A stretch of 61,482 nt of DNA, filler included. It is 9 parts of 9 records of this genome, joined end to end, with 100 filler letters (N's around TTAATTAATTAA, not from the genome) between each part and the next. Parts side by side here need not be neighbours in the genome. Positions count along the whole stretch, not along the records: positions 28,189 to 33,241 come from SRR31147125_38828; positions 33,342 to 43,443 come from SRR31147125_38833; positions 43,544 to 50,357 come from SRR31147125_38906; 6 more parts are not named here. One strand, written 5' to 3'. The position numbers and the translations under genes were made by a program. This document shows, piece after piece, positions 33,103-43,581 of this stretch (the stretch's first letter is position 1; every line of letters begins with the position of its first letter). The notes beneath the pieces are model-generated. The model had not been told where the DNA came from. It did no database searches and saw only the letters and a list, made by a program, of their open reading frames with translations.

Positions 33103-33241
33103 ATGAAAACAGCAAAATTACTACTACTACTACTTATTACCGTACTAATGTATTTGCCGGGATGTGCGAAACAAAAAAACGGAAATAACAATGAATCCAA
33201 CACGCTTAAAGTAATGTCTTTCAACATCAGGCATTGCACCA
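33103..33241 (+). CDS. Endonuclease/exonuclease/phosphatase family lipoprotein, N-terminal fragment
   Basis: Signal with LPGC, then LKVMSFNIRH, the typical first strand of the EEP fold; cut by the spacer. Confidence 0.65.
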
Positions 33242-33341
33242 NNNNNNNNNNNNNNNNNNNNNNNNNNNNNNNNNNNNNNNNNNNNTTAATTAATTAANNN
33301 NNNNNNNNNNNNNNNNNNNNNNNNNNNNNNNNNNNNNNNNN
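33242..33341. other. Artificial contig spacer
   Basis: Ns around TTAATTAATTAA. Confidence 0.98.
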
Positions 33342-33395
33342 CTCCCAGCCGGAGACTGGGAGCGAGAAATACACTCCCGGCAGAGACCGGGAGTG
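33342..33395. repeat. Two tandem REP-like hairpins
   Basis: CTCCCAG-CCGGAGA-CTGGGAG and CACTCCCGG-CAGAGA-CCGGGAGTG, with related stems and loops. Confidence 0.6.
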
Positions 33396-33537
33396 GGAAA
33401 GGAATAATGATTTTCGGGATCATCATTTTTAATTTAATTGGATATAACTTTATTGAGGTTTTAAAGATAAGGTGTTGATTCAAATATTCAAAAAAGATTA
33501 TTGCGCTGAATTGCCATTCCGAATTGTCTTACGTATG

Positions 33538-33657
33538 CTTTCATTCTATTTCCTTCCTGTTTTCAGACATTTCAAGTTTTTATGAATAATTTGTTAAATA
33601 TTTATTGACACTTTCGATTAATTTCGTATATTAGCAAAAACAAAGAAAAATGAAAGG
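33538..33657 (+). promoter_or_regulatory. Sigma70-type promoter with putative DeoR-family operator repeats
   Basis: TTGACA (33605-10)-N16-TATATT. (C/A/T)TTTC repeats about 10 bp apart at 33538, 33548, 33560, 33569, 33611 and 33621, plus an inverted GAAAG near 33652. Confidence 0.55.
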
Positions 33658-33714
33658 TGTTCCAAAATAAATCACTAATCTTTGCCCTGCAGTTAAAAAT
33701 TTCAAGAGGATAAT

Positions 33715-34479
33715 ATGCTTGCTTCCCAACGCCGTCAAAAGATTTTAGAATTACTAACCGAAGATGGAAATGCCAAAGTATCCGGTCTGAGCAAGATTTT
33801 CAAGATTTCCGAAGTAACGATTCGGCAGGATTTGGCAAAACTGGAAGAGAGCGGCCTGATCATCCGTGAGCACGGAGGCGCCTTTTTGAAGAGCCTTCCT
33901 GATCAGGTGCAGTCCTATTCCTTGCAGAACATGGATAATATGGACAAGAAGGCACTTATCGGAAAAAAGGCAGCAGAACTTATTGATGATGGTGATGCTA
34001 TTATTCTCGATTCCGGATCGACTACAACACAGATTGCACATAATATTACAGAACACAAAAATTTAACTGTCATCACAAATGCTATCAATATCCCATTTAT
34101 TATTGGTGGTCAGCCCGGAATTACAATGTTGCTCACGAGCGGTGAATTCAAAGCACCAACGCTTTCATTAACAGGGCAAAAAGCAGCCGATTTTTTTGAA
34201 AATGTCCACGTTGACAAGCTTTTTCTAGCCACAGCCGGTATTACGTTGCGGGCAGGACTAACATATCCCAGTTTAAGCGATTTGCCTGTAAAACGGGCCA
34301 TGATCGAAGCGGCGACCACTGTTTATCTCGTTGCCGATTCTTCTAAATTAGGCAAACAATCCCTGGCAAGTTTAGGTGCGCTTTCGCTTATCCATTACCT
34401 TATTACAGATCGTGATATATCTCCTGAATACAAAGATGAATTTTCCAAACACGGAATCGAGTTTATTATTGCAGAGTAA
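33715..34479 (+). CDS. DeoR/GlpR family transcriptional regulator
   Basis: HTH SEVTIRQDLAKLE...HGGA and sensor domain ILDSGSTT, VITNA, VADSSK. Confidence 0.93.
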   Translation: MLASQRRQKILELLTEDGNAKVSGLSKIFKISEVTIRQDLAKLEESGLIIREHGGAFLKSLPDQVQSYSLQNMDNMDKKALIGKKAAELIDDGDAIILDSGSTTTQIAHNITEHKNLTVITNAINIPFIIGGQPGITMLLTSGEFKAPTLSLTGQKAADFFENVHVDKLFLATAGITLRAGLTYPSLSDLPVKRAMIEAATTVYLVADSSKLGKQSLASLGALSLIHYLITDRDISPEYKDEFSKHGIEFIIAE

Positions 34480-34497
34480 AAAAAGAAAGGTCTGGTT

Positions 34498-35442
34498 ATG
34501 AATAAAAAATTGATCACTATCCTTTTGTCGCTTTTTTTATTGTCGGAGTAGGATGTCGAAAGGGGAAAAGAAAAACGGACCTGGACAAATTGCGGTTGTG
34601 ATATCAACGCTCAATAATCCATGGTTTGTTGTTTTAGGGGAGACAGCTGCAGAAAAAGCCCGGGGATTGGGCTATCAGGTAACCCTGTTTGATTCACAGA
34701 ATGATAATGCAAAAGAAACGGATCATTTTGAAAATATTATCGCTGCCGGATACGATGCCATTTTGTTTAATCCCACCGATGCCGATGGTTCAATTTCAAA
34801 CGTTGAGAGGGCCAAAAAAGCCGGCATTCCAACATTTTGCATGGACCGGGAAATAAACTCAAATACAGCCGCCGCTTCTCAAATTTTATCTGATAATTAC
34901 TCTGGTTGCGTAAAGTTGGGCCAGTATTTTGTACAAAAGGTGGGGAAAAAGCCAGGTATGTGGAATTACTCGGCCTCGTTGGCGACAACAATACCTGGAA
35001 TCGTTCAAAAGGATTTCATAGCGTTGTGGATAATTATCCCGGATTAGAAATGGTTGCACAGCAAAGTGGGGATTTTGACCGCAACAAGGCAATGGAAGTA
35101 TTGGAATCCATTCTACAGGCCCACCCGGATATTTCTGCCGTTTTCTGCGGAAACGATGCAATGGCAATGGGAGCATACCAGGCACTTGTAGCAGCCGGTA
35201 AAGCTGATAAAGTTATGGTATTCGGATTTGACGGTGCTGCCGATGTGGTCAACTCGATTCGAGATAAAAAAATTGTTGCTACAGGCATGCAATTCCCCAA
35301 AGTAATGGCCAGAACTGCCGCTGAAATGGCTGATAAATATTTAAAAGGGGAAAAAGAATTTGATCAAAAGATTCCCGTTGCTGTGGAATTGGTAACTCAG
35401 GAAAATGTAGAATCTTATGTTGCTTATGGCAAGAATGAATAA
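34498..35442 (+). CDS. Sugar ABC transporter substrate-binding lipoprotein (RbsB-like); about three frameshifts
   Basis: ATG 34498 signal ending [39 protein letters not shown]. Pieces lie in ORFs 34553-35047 and 34906-35442. Confidence 0.85.
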
Positions 35443-35482
35443 TATTGGAAATCTAAAGTAACTGTATGAAAGATAGTATCTT

Positions 35483-36115
35483 ATGCAAAAATTAAAATAC
35501 ATTGCAATCGCTATTATCTTACTAATCGTCGCCTACAACTCTGTTTACTTTGAACCATTAGATAAAGCAAAATCACAAGCAAAACTGGAAACATTCGATC
35601 CCGTACAGTACGCAGCGGAATTCTGGAAAAGCCGGTTGATGAACAATCTGTCGAAAGCCGTTGATGCAGCGATGTTGCTCGACCTGTTTGAAAACGATAT
35701 GCAGCAGGCGGTGAGCAAGCATGCCAATACGCTTGGGATTTCCCTGACCCATGCATATCTGATAAATGGTAAAGGGCGAATTCTTGCGATGAATGATGAA
35801 GGGGTGGTGATTTCAGTAAGAGCGCCTGATATAAATCCCGATATCCTGGTACAGACCGATTATATTTTTGGAAATGCCATCAGGGATGCGTCCGGGTTGA
35901 TCAAGGTAAGCGAATTCCCTAACACCATGGATTTCAACAACATCTCGGTGGAAATAAATAAAATTGTAAAGGAACAGGTAGTCCCGGCCGTACTGGAGAG
36001 GGCAAAAGTCGGAAAGATTGTCAATTTCGTCGGAGCTGTGGAGGTTAGCGAGAATAGTCCGGATCTTCATCCAATGTCCATAATTCCTATCCGGGTTGAA
36101 ATATATGAAAAGTGA
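35483..36115 (+). CDS. DUF2291 family protein
   Basis: FDPVQYAAEFW, IFGNAIRDASG, F.NTMDFN...EINK; located between SBP and ATPase genes. Confidence 0.8.
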   Translation: MQKLKYIAIAIILLIVAYNSVYFEPLDKAKSQAKLETFDPVQYAAEFWKSRLMNNLSKAVDAAMLLDLFENDMQQAVSKHANTLGISLTHAYLINGKGRILAMNDEGVVISVRAPDINPDILVQTDYIFGNAIRDASGLIKVSEFPNTMDFNNISVEINKIVKEQVVPAVLERAKVGKIVNFVGAVEVSENSPDLHPMSIIPIRVEIYEK

Positions 36116-37652
36116 AAAGACGAAAACCAACCAGCAATCTATTATCCTGCAAGCGCAGCATGTAACGAAAAAATTTCCTGGTGTCATTGCGTTGGAAGAC
36201 GTCAGCTTTGATATTTATGCCGGGCAAGTGAACGCCATTGTGGGTGAGAATGGCGCTGGAAAATCCACGCTCATGAAAATTCTATCTGGTGTTTATCAAG
36301 AGTACGATGGAGAGGTTTTCTTAAATGACCAACTCGTGCAGTTTGCCAGTCCACTGGATGCACAGGTGCGTGGTATTGCAATCATTCATCAGGAATTGAA
36401 CCTGATCCCGTATCTCAGTGTGGCGGAAAATATTTTTCTGGGGCGTGAACTTGTCAACAGGTTGGGATGGATCGATTATAAACGAATGTATTCGGAATCA
36501 CAGGCGCTGCTGCAACAGTTGCAGCTAGATATCGATCCGAAAATGCTGGTTTCCGAACTTCGGGTGGGACAGCAGCAGGTGGTGGAAATCGCCAAGGCTC
36601 TATCTTTGAATGCCCGTGTCATCATTATGGATGAACCAACCTCGGCCATTAGTGAACAGGAGATCGGGGTATTGTTTAGCATCATCGAATCACTCAAGCG
36701 GGATGGTGTTGCTATCGTCTATATCACCCACAAGTTGGACGAGTTGTTCAAAATCGCCGACAGGGTGACGGTGTTCAGGGATGGCCGGTTGATTGAATCT
36801 ACCCACATGGACGGTCTGACGCATGATGATTTGATCAGAAAAATGGTGGGTCGGTCTATGCAGGATTTTTTTCTAAAGTCAGACATTCCGATTCAGGAGG
36901 AACTACTACGGGTGCAAAACCTGTCACTAGCGCATCCTGACCGCACCAACGATTTTGTCGTTGACAATGTATCATTCCACCTGAACAGAGGGGAAATCGT
37001 TGGGATATTCGGATTGATGGGGGCCGGCCGAACTGAATTATTTGAAACGATTTTTGGTCTACACCCTGCCACATCGCGCGGTACACTCTGTATTGACGGC
37101 ACGGATATAGCGATACACTCCTCTGCAGATGCGATTAAAGCCGGGATCGGCTATGTGCCGGAAGATCGTAAGGCAGCCGGTCTCATCCTGAATATGACCG
37201 TGGCTGAGAGTATAAGTCTGGCCGATATAGGGCAGGTAGAGCAATATGCGTTTATAAGCAAGCGCCTGGAACACGAGCTGGCGGAATCGTATATCGGGAA
37301 ACTCGGCATTAAAACCCCGTCATCTCGGCAGATCGTAGAGTATCTCAGCGGAGGCAATCAACAGAAAGTAGTCATCGCCAAATGGTTGGCCACGAATCCA
37401 AAAGTCCTGCTGCTGGATGAACCAACACGGGGCATTGATATCAACGCAAAGAATGAAATTTACAAGCTCATCGGAGAATTAACCACAGCAGGTATGGGCA
37501 TTGTGATGGTGTCCTCAGAGTTGCCGGAAATTATGGCGATATCGGACCGCATTCTCGTTCTTTCTGAGGGTAAGTTGACCGGCTCGTTCTTGCCGGATGA
37601 ATGGTCTGAAGAAGTGTTATTAAAAGCAGCAATTCCAGGGAGTATCTCATGA
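36105..37652 (+). CDS. Sugar ABC transporter ATP-binding protein (RbsA-like)
   Basis: GENGAGKSTL, MDEPTSA, VPEDRK, LSGGNQQK, LDEPTRGID. Confidence 0.95.
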   Translation: MKSEKTKTNQQSIILQAQHVTKKFPGVIALEDVSFDIYAGQVNAIVGENGAGKSTLMKILSGVYQEYDGEVFLNDQLVQFASPLDAQVRGIAIIHQELNLIPYLSVAENIFLGRELVNRLGWIDYKRMYSESQALLQQLQLDIDPKMLVSELRVGQQQVVEIAKALSLNARVIIMDEPTSAISEQEIGVLFSIIESLKRDGVAIVYITHKLDELFKIADRVTVFRDGRLIESTHMDGLTHDDLIRKMVGRSMQDFFLKSDIPIQEELLRVQNLSLAHPDRTNDFVVDNVSFHLNRGEIVGIFGLMGAGRTELFETIFGLHPATSRGTLCIDGTDIAIHSSADAIKAGIGYVPEDRKAAGLILNMTVAESISLADIGQVEQYAFISKRLEHELAESYIGKLGIKTPSSRQIVEYLSGGNQQKVVIAKWLATNPKVLLLDEPTRGIDINAKNEIYKLIGELTTAGMGIVMVSSELPEIMAISDRILVLSEGKLTGSFLPDEWSEEVLLKAAIPGSIS

Positions 37653-38629
37653 AATTGGAATCGATAAAAATAAAGTCTCACTTGATCCGTTTTCAATCAT
37701 TGATTGCACTTCTTTTGATGATTCTGGTGATGAGTTTGCTTTCGGACAAATTCTTTACTACCGAGAATGGCTGGAATGTGATGCGGCAGATTTCCGTGAA
37801 TATCTGTTTATCTGTAGGCATGACACTTGTGATCCTGACCGGTGGTATTGATCTATCCGTCGGATCGATTCTGGCGTTAAGCGGGGCTGTAGCTGCTGGT
37901 TTGCTGAAAAATGGTGCTGAGCTCCCCATGTTCAATCTGTTTGTGGGCTTTACGTTTCTTGGAGCAGCGCTTGGCGGTATCTTTGTCGGATCATTGTTGG
38001 GGTACGTGAACGGTCTTGCCATCACTCGATTTCGGGTGCCACCGTTTGTGGCAACACTGGCGATGCTCACCATAGCCCGTGGGCTAACTATGCTCTGGAC
38101 CGGTGGCTTTCCGATAACCGGGCTAGGTGAAACATTTGGATTTATCGGCACCGGTTGGTTTGTCTCTATTCCGATGCCAGTGTGGATTTCAATGATGATC
38201 GTAGCAATATTTGCTGTGATCACGAAACGAACACGCTACGGTCGCTATATTTATGCTGTCGGAGGAAATGAAAAAGCATCTCATCTATCCGGATTGAACA
38301 TTAATAAAATAAAGCTATTGGTATACACGCTGGCCGGAGCGCTTTCTGCTATTGCCGGATTGATGGTGACGTCTCGGCTTGATTCCGCCCAACCAAACGC
38401 CGGGATGGGCTTTGAACTGGATTCCATAGCAGCTGTGGTCATCGGTGGGACTTCTTTGGCAGGAGGAAGAGGTTCCGTGTTGGGTACGGTGCTTGGAGCA
38501 TTGATTATTGGTGTGCTAAACAACGGCCTGGTTCTACTAAATGTATCGCCGTTCTGGCAACAGGTGATCAAAGGATTGGTGATTTTACTCGCCGTTATTA
38601 TTGATAAATTAAATGCAAAGGATGATTGA
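37649..38629 (+). CDS. Sugar ABC transporter permease (RbsC-like)
   Basis: GGIDLSVGS, PPFVATLA, YAVGGNE, ELDSIAAVVIGGTSL. Confidence 0.95.
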   Translation: MKLESIKIKSHLIRFQSLIALLLMILVMSLLSDKFFTTENGWNVMRQISVNICLSVGMTLVILTGGIDLSVGSILALSGAVAAGLLKNGAELPMFNLFVGFTFLGAALGGIFVGSLLGYVNGLAITRFRVPPFVATLAMLTIARGLTMLWTGGFPITGLGETFGFIGTGWFVSIPMPVWISMMIVAIFAVITKRTRYGRYIYAVGGNEKASHLSGLNINKIKLLVYTLAGALSAIAGLMVTSRLDSAQPNAGMGFELDSIAAVVIGGTSLAGGRGSVLGTVLGALIIGVLNNGLVLLNVSPFWQQVIKGLVILLAVIIDKLNAKDD

Positions 38630-38723
38630 TAATTAAGAAAGAAAAAGGTGTAAAAGTGATTCTATAAACCTTTAACGTTAGTTGTTTGGGATAGCGAATT
38701 ATAAGTAAATAGGAGAGCAGTCA

Positions 38724-40136
38724 ATGTCATTAACAACTTGTGGTGTTATATTTGGAAACAGGGATTTTTTCCCAGATCATTTGGTAACTGAAGCCCGTAA
38801 AGATATTTTAAAGCTTTTGCAAAAGCTGGATATAAAATCGGTTATGCTGGGCGAACAGGATACAAAGCTCGGCGGTGTTGAGACCTTTCAGGATGCACAA
38901 AAATGCGCTGACCTTTTCAAAAAGAACCGGGACAATATTGATGGCGTTCTGGTTGTGCTTCCCAATTTTGGTGATGAAAAAGGTGTTGCTGATACAATCA
39001 AGTTGTCCGGACTCACAGTTCCGATCCTGGTTCAGGGTTATCCGGATGATTTGAATGAGATGAGTGTCGTCCGAAGACGTGATGCCTATTGTGGCAAAAT
39101 TTCAGTCTGTAATAATTTACGCCAGGCCAATTTGCCCTACACGCTCACATCAAAACATGTGGTTTATGTGAATGACGTCAGTTTTGAGCAGGACCTTTTA
39201 AAGTTTGTGGCTGTATGTCGGGTTGTTAATGGTGTAAAGAGTGCCAGGTTGGGTGCTGTCGGTGCACGACCGGGTGCATTCAATACAGTTCGCTATAGTG
39301 AAAAAATATTGGAATCAAACGGTATCAGCGTTACCACGGTTGATTTATCTGAAATTCTTGGAAAATTTGATAAACTGGCGGACGATGACAAGGTCGTTCA
39401 AAACCGGCTTGATGAAATTAAAGCCTACGCCAATGTTGAGAATGTTCCAAACGAATACCTGACCAAAATGGCCCGCCTGGGTGTGGTTCTTTTGGATTTT
39501 ATTAATGAAAATTCTTTGGATGCAACCGCCATTCAGTGTTGGAATTCCATGCAAACCAATTTTGGCATCAATGTTTGCACCAATATGAGTATGATGAGTG
39601 AGGACCTGATGCCGAGCGCATGCGAGGTGGACGTAACCGGCGTTTTGACCATGTACGCCATGCAGCTTGCATCATCCCAACCAAGTGCTTTGGCAGATTG
39701 GAATAATAATTACGGACAACAAGATGACAAAGTTGTTATGTTCCATTGTGGCAACTGGGCCAGGTCGTTTGTTCCAAATGTAAAGATTAGCACGGCGCCA
39801 ATTCTTGGTACTACTTTGGGCGAAGAAAATACCTATGGCGCCCTGGAAGGCCGCACACCGGCGAATCCTCTTACTTTTGGAAGGATCACCACAGACGATG
39901 TGCAGGGAAAGATGCGGGCTTATATAGGTGAAGGTCAGCTGACCGATGACGAACTCCACACATTCGGGACCAGGGCTGTGGCTCATATTCCAAATTTAGA
40001 AGGCTTAATGCGACATGTTTGTGAAAATGGCTTTGAACACCATGTCGTTATGAATACTTCAAAAACAGCGGATATTTTGGCAGAAGCCTTTCAGAAATAT
40101 TTGAATTGGGAAGTTTATTATCACGAAAAGAACTAA
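38724..40136 (+). CDS. L-fucose/L-arabinose isomerase family protein
   Basis: NFGDE, RRDAYCGK, AIQCW, ACEVD (metal Glu), DWNN, FHCG, FEHH. Confidence 0.82.
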   Translation: MSLTTCGVIFGNRDFFPDHLVTEARKDILKLLQKLDIKSVMLGEQDTKLGGVETFQDAQKCADLFKKNRDNIDGVLVVLPNFGDEKGVADTIKLSGLTVPILVQGYPDDLNEMSVVRRRDAYCGKISVCNNLRQANLPYTLTSKHVVYVNDVSFEQDLLKFVAVCRVVNGVKSARLGAVGARPGAFNTVRYSEKILESNGISVTTVDLSEILGKFDKLADDDKVVQNRLDEIKAYANVENVPNEYLTKMARLGVVLLDFINENSLDATAIQCWNSMQTNFGINVCTNMSMMSEDLMPSACEVDVTGVLTMYAMQLASSQPSALADWNNNYGQQDDKVVMFHCGNWARSFVPNVKISTAPILGTTLGEENTYGALEGRTPANPLTFGRITTDDVQGKMRAYIGEGQLTDDELHTFGTRAVAHIPNLEGLMRHVCENGFEHHVVMNTSKTADILAEAFQKYLNWEVYYHEKN

Positions 40137-40152
40137 TCGAGACCAAGAACCT

Positions 40153-40982
40153 ATGATGATTTATTATACTGACAAGGATTTAGAGCTTAAATCCATCGAA
40201 TACAGAAAAAAGATACTCAAATACATTAAAATGGCAAATGCCGGTCATACTGGTGGCAGCTTGTCCTGTGTTGATATTTTGAACGTTCTCTATCATCGCA
40301 TTTTAAACTTATCCCCGGACAATTTTAGCGATCCCGACCGGGACCGTTACATTCACAGCAAAGGTCATTCGGTAGAAGCGCTTTATGTTGTGTTGTCGGA
40401 CCTCGGATTTTTCCTGAAAGTGATTTGGAAACACTTTGCCGCTACCAGTCGAATTACGTTGGCCATCCCACCCGAAAAGTTTATGGTATTGAAATGAATA
40501 CAGGTGCGCTTGGCCATGGTTTGCCCATTAGTGTGGGCATAGCAATTGGAGGTAAGAGAGTGTTCACTTTGCTGGGGGATGGCGAATTGCCCGAAGGATC
40601 CAATTGGGAAGCTTTCCTTGCCGGTGCTCATTATTCGTTGGACAATCTGACAGTTATTATTGATTATAACCAGCTGCAAATAACCGGTCCGTCGCAACAG
40701 GTTTGCCGGACTGAGCCGTTGAAAGAAAAATTCGAAGCGTTTGGCTGGCAAGTTCGTTCTGTGGATGGCCATTCTATTGAGGAATTAACCGAAACGTTTG
40801 AAGCCCTGCCGTTTCGCAATGGCAAGCCAAATATGGTTATTGCAAATACCATAAAGGGCAAAGGGATAAGCTTTATCGAAGATAATGTTAAATGGCATCA
40901 TAAAGTCCCTTCGAATGAAGAATATGAACGTGCAATTAGAGAATTAAACCTTCAGCGAGAAGAGCTGCTTGCTGTTGCATGA
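40153..40982 (+). CDS. Transketolase N-terminal (TPP-binding) subunit; frameshift near 40410
   Basis: GHTGGSLS, DRDRYIHSKGH, GHP, TGALGHGL, GDGELPEGSNWE, KGKG, WHH. Confidence 0.9.
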
Positions 40983-40997
40983 TAAAAGATTGATTTT

Positions 40998-41939
40998 ATG
41001 AAGAACACAATAGGTGAAGCAAATTTAAAAGTTTTTGCGCAGACATTGATGAGCCTTGCTGAAAAGGATAAGGATGTTTGCGTCGTTACAAGTGACTCTC
41101 GTGGTTCCGGTAAACTGATTCCTTTTGGCGAGAAATTTCCCCGCCAGATCGTTGAAGTTGGCATTGCCGAACAAAATCTCGTTGGCGTTGCAGCTGGGCT
41201 TGCTTCAACCGGGAAGAAAGTATTTGCTGTATCTCCGGCTTGTTTTTTAACGGCCCGGGCGCTGGAGCAAATAAAAAATGACGTATGTTATTCGGATATT
41301 CCTGTCAAGTTGATTGGCATCAGTGCCGGTGTGAGCTATGGTGCTCTGGGTTCCACGCATCATTCATTGCACGATTTTGCGGTTTTCCGGGCGATAAATA
41401 ACATTACAGTAATGGCCCCGGCGGATAATTTTGAAACCGAAGAGGCAATCAAAAGTGCTTATGAAATGGAAACGCCAGTTTATATCCGCTTTGGTAAAAA
41501 GCCAATGACCGATCTTTACAACGGCGAGTCCGTTTTCCAGACCGGCAAAGCGGCCAGGTTGTGCAAAGGCGAGGATGTTCTGTTTGTTGCCACCGGAGAA
41601 ACGGTAATCCATGCCCTCGAAGCTGCTGATGTTTTGAAAGAATCCGGGCTATCGAGTACCGTGCTCAGTGTTCATACTATCAAACCATTGGATACCGAAG
41701 CGATTCTAAACGAGGCAAAACCCTGCAAAGCAGTTGTAACGGTTGAAGAGCACAGTGTTAACAGCGGTTTGGGTGAAGCCACTGCCAGCCTGCTTTTGCA
41801 AAACAAAGTATATTTGCCATTTCAAATTGTCGGCATCCCCGATGAATATACGGTGCCTGGCAGCCAGATGGATATTTTCGGGCATTACGGCATTACAGGT
41901 CAAGAGTTGGCTCGAATAGCGGTAGATCTTTTAAAATAA
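40998..41939 (+). CDS. Transketolase C-terminal subunit
   Basis: VGIAEQNLVG, GSTHH, YIRFGK, TIKPLD, VEEH. Confidence 0.92.
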   Translation: MKNTIGEANLKVFAQTLMSLAEKDKDVCVVTSDSRGSGKLIPFGEKFPRQIVEVGIAEQNLVGVAAGLASTGKKVFAVSPACFLTARALEQIKNDVCYSDIPVKLIGISAGVSYGALGSTHHSLHDFAVFRAINNITVMAPADNFETEEAIKSAYEMETPVYIRFGKKPMTDLYNGESVFQTGKAARLCKGEDVLFVATGETVIHALEAADVLKESGLSSTVLSVHTIKPLDTEAILNEAKPCKAVVTVEEHSVNSGLGEATASLLLQNKVYLPFQIVGIPDEYTVPGSQMDIFGHYGITGQELARIAVDLLK

Positions 41940-41963
41940 TAAAAGTTCAAAATCAGGATTAAT

Positions 41964-43443
41964 ATGGCTGATTCTTTTATATTATCAATCGACGAGGGGA
42001 CAAGCGGGACTAAAACCGTCGTCATTAACGAACAGGCTGAAATTGTTTCCAAAGCAACAACATCGCTGCAATCCTATTTTCCCCAAACCGGATTTGTGGA
42101 GCAAAAAACCCAGGAAATCTATTCGAGTGTATTGGAATCTGTAAAGCAATGTCTTGCTAATTTTGCAGACCAGGGTGGTGATGTATCCCAAATTAAAACC
42201 TGTGGTATTTCCAATCAGCGTGAAACCTTTGTTTTATGGGATGCCGATGGAGAGCCCCTGCACAACGCTGTGGTATGGCAGTGTAAGCGTTCGGTGGAGG
42301 TTTGTAACCAACTGAAAGCCACAGGCATTGAAGATGAAATTCGCAAAAGAACCGGGCTGATTATTGATCCTTATTTTTCAGGAACCAAATTAATATGGTT
42401 GGTGCAGAATAAACCAGAGATTGCACAGGCTGTTAAATCCGGCGAGGCATTTTTCGGCACTGTGGATACCTGGCTGCTGTACAAATTAACCGGGGGAAAG
42501 AGCTTTTTAACCGACCACACAAACGCCAGCCGGACACTTTTATTCAACATAAACAATTTGGCGTGGGATGATTTCCTTTTAAATGAATTTGGTCTGAATG
42601 GTATCAAACTACCTGAGGTTACCCATTCATCCGGTAATTTTGGTGAAACAGATTTTGACGGACTTTTGTCGGAAAAGATTTCTATTAACGGCATGATCGG
42701 CGATTCCCATGCTGCCGCTTTTGGCGAAGGATGTTTTCAAAGCGGAATGGCCAAGGCAACTCTGGGAACCGGTTCATCTATTTTGATGAATGTTGGAGAA
42801 TCGCCTAAAACATCAAAAAGCGGGATGATGTCCACCATTTGCTGGAGCTTGCCGGGCCGTGTAGACTATGCGTTGGAAGGAGTGATTGTATCCGCTGGTG
42901 CAACCATTCAATGGCTGCGGGACCAATTGGGATTGTTTGCTAACAGTTCCGAAACCGAAGCGATGGCCACGAGCGTTGACGACAATGGCGGTGTTTACGT
43001 AATTCCCGCCTTTAGCGGATTGGGTGGCCCACACTGGAAAATGGACGCCAAAGGGGCCATTATTGGATTAACGTTTGGGGCTAACAAAAATCACGTTGTT
43101 CGAGCTGCATTAGAGTCCATTCCCTACCAAATCAAAGACGTGATTGAGGCTGTTAACCAGGACGTTGGCATACCGCTTAAAGAACTCAAGGTGGACGGCG
43201 GTATTACATCAAACAAGTTTGTTATGCAATTTTTGGCAGACGTGCTTGGCTGTAAAGTTGTCAATATTGGTGTTGCAGATGTTTCGGCGTTGGGCGCCGG
43301 ATTAATGGCGGGACTGGGTGCCGGTGTTTTTACCGATCTTGACCAAATCAGTCCATTGCTCGAATCTCAAAATGAATTTAATCCCACTAGTGATAACCAG
43401 GATGTCCTGAACTGGTATTCGGGATGGCAAAATCATATTAAAA
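41964..43443 (+). CDS. FGGY carbohydrate kinase, glycerol-kinase-like (stop codon lost in spacer)
   Basis: IDEGTSGTK, SNQRET, WQCKR, DPYFSGTK, TNASRT, GDSHAA (glycerol kinase has GDQQAA), VDGG. Confidence 0.88.
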
Positions 43444-43543
43444 NNNNNNNNNNNNNNNNNNNNNNNNNNNNNNNNNNNNNNNNNNNNTTAATTAATTAAN
43501 NNNNNNNNNNNNNNNNNNNNNNNNNNNNNNNNNNNNNNNNNNN
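43444..43543. other. Artificial contig spacer
   Basis: Ns around TTAATTAATTAA. Confidence 0.98.
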
Positions 43544-43581
43544 TAGAAGATCAGCATATATTGCGTGGAGGGGCGATATAT

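Noticed and set aside
41964-43443. Calling the kinase glpK
   Set aside because: Substrate-site motifs differ (GDSHAA, WQCKR) and the context is a rare-sugar operon, so the symbol was withheld.
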